A stretch of 64,000 nt of DNA from a virus: IMG/VR virus record IMGVR_UViG_3300042465_006773. The stretch is one strand, 5' to 3'. The notes beneath the pieces were generated by a model. It was not told where the DNA came from and did not search any database. It worked only from the letters and a program-made list of their open reading frames with translations. Positions 63,544 through 64,000 of the stretch are shown here, piece after piece. A program made the translations under genes and the position numbers. Position 1 is the stretch's first letter. Each line of letters starts with the position of its first letter.

Positions 63544-63701
63544 TAATAAAAGATAAATAAAAAAAAAGAAAAAACCAAGTAATTATATAATTTTTTTGCC
63601 TTTATAACAAATTTTTCTTTTTTTATTAAACTTTTCCATTATATAGATATTTATAAACATACAAATAGAAGTATAAAAATAAATGCATAAAAAAAAATAA
63701 A

Positions 63702-64000
63702 ATGGCAGATTTATTAATGAAAATGCCGGTTCCATACGAACCGAAACGTCAGAATAGATTCATTTTGAGGTTCCCATCTTCATTGGGAATCAATGAATGG
63801 TATGTATCATCCGCGGCTAGACCTTCGGCAAAAATAAACTCGGTAGCAATACCATTTTTAAATACTTCAACGTATGTTGCTGGTAGATTTGAATGGGCTG
63901 AAATGAGAGTAACTTTCAGAGACCCAATTGGTCCATCGGCAGCACAGGCTTTAATGGAATGGTTTAGATTACACGCAGAATCTGTTACAGGTAGAATGGG
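63702..64000 (+). CDS. Tail tube protein (gp19-like), truncated by window end
   Basis: Not in the ORF track. MADLLMKMPVPYEPKRQNRFILRF...RPS...YVAGRFEW...VTFRDPI...ALMEW; follows the sheath gene. Confidence 0.88.
   Translation, partial: MADLLMKMPVPYEPKRQNRFILRFPSSLGINEWYVSSAARPSAKINSVAIPFLNTSTYVAGRFEWAEMRVTFRDPIGPSAAQALMEWFRLHAESVTGRM

Noticed and set aside
1-64000. Stop-codon reassignment as seen in some large phages
   Set aside because: Core genes are intact in the standard code, and TAG and TGA both end genes at sensible positions (TAG at 17454 and 18786, TGA at 23218).

Overview
An AT-rich, gene-dense 64 kb segment of a large T4-like (myovirus-type) phage genome in the standard genetic code. 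It carries the head module (terminase, portal, prohead protease, scaffold, major capsid), neck and tail genes, a gp55-like late sigma factor, a family B DNA polymerase and an SNF2 helicase. Accessory genes include four tRNAs, an RNA-repair operon, a ClpC/Hsp20 pair, PhoH, dUTPase, dCMP deaminase, three glycosyltransferases and a ribosomal protein bS21. The host is very likely Bacteroidota, based on TAnnTTTG promoters, signal peptides followed by Gln, and a T9SS sorting domain. The most unusual element is an 8-gene, 7.5 kb operon (1205-8756) of envelope-targeted proteins: two CsgG-like paralogues, a T9SS-tagged cohesin/dockerin-like scaffold, a C-type lectin-Ig-dockerin-like protein, a beta-barrel with an N/G/S/Q-rich stalk and three small membrane proteins. 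It looks like a phage-encoded system for remodelling the host cell surface. Other notable items are a recurring TATTTAT putative late promoter, a candidate structured small RNA, an inverted-repeat-flanked ACTAG array (possible origin) and mucin-like virion fibres. All assignments come from reading motifs by eye; no database searches were run.
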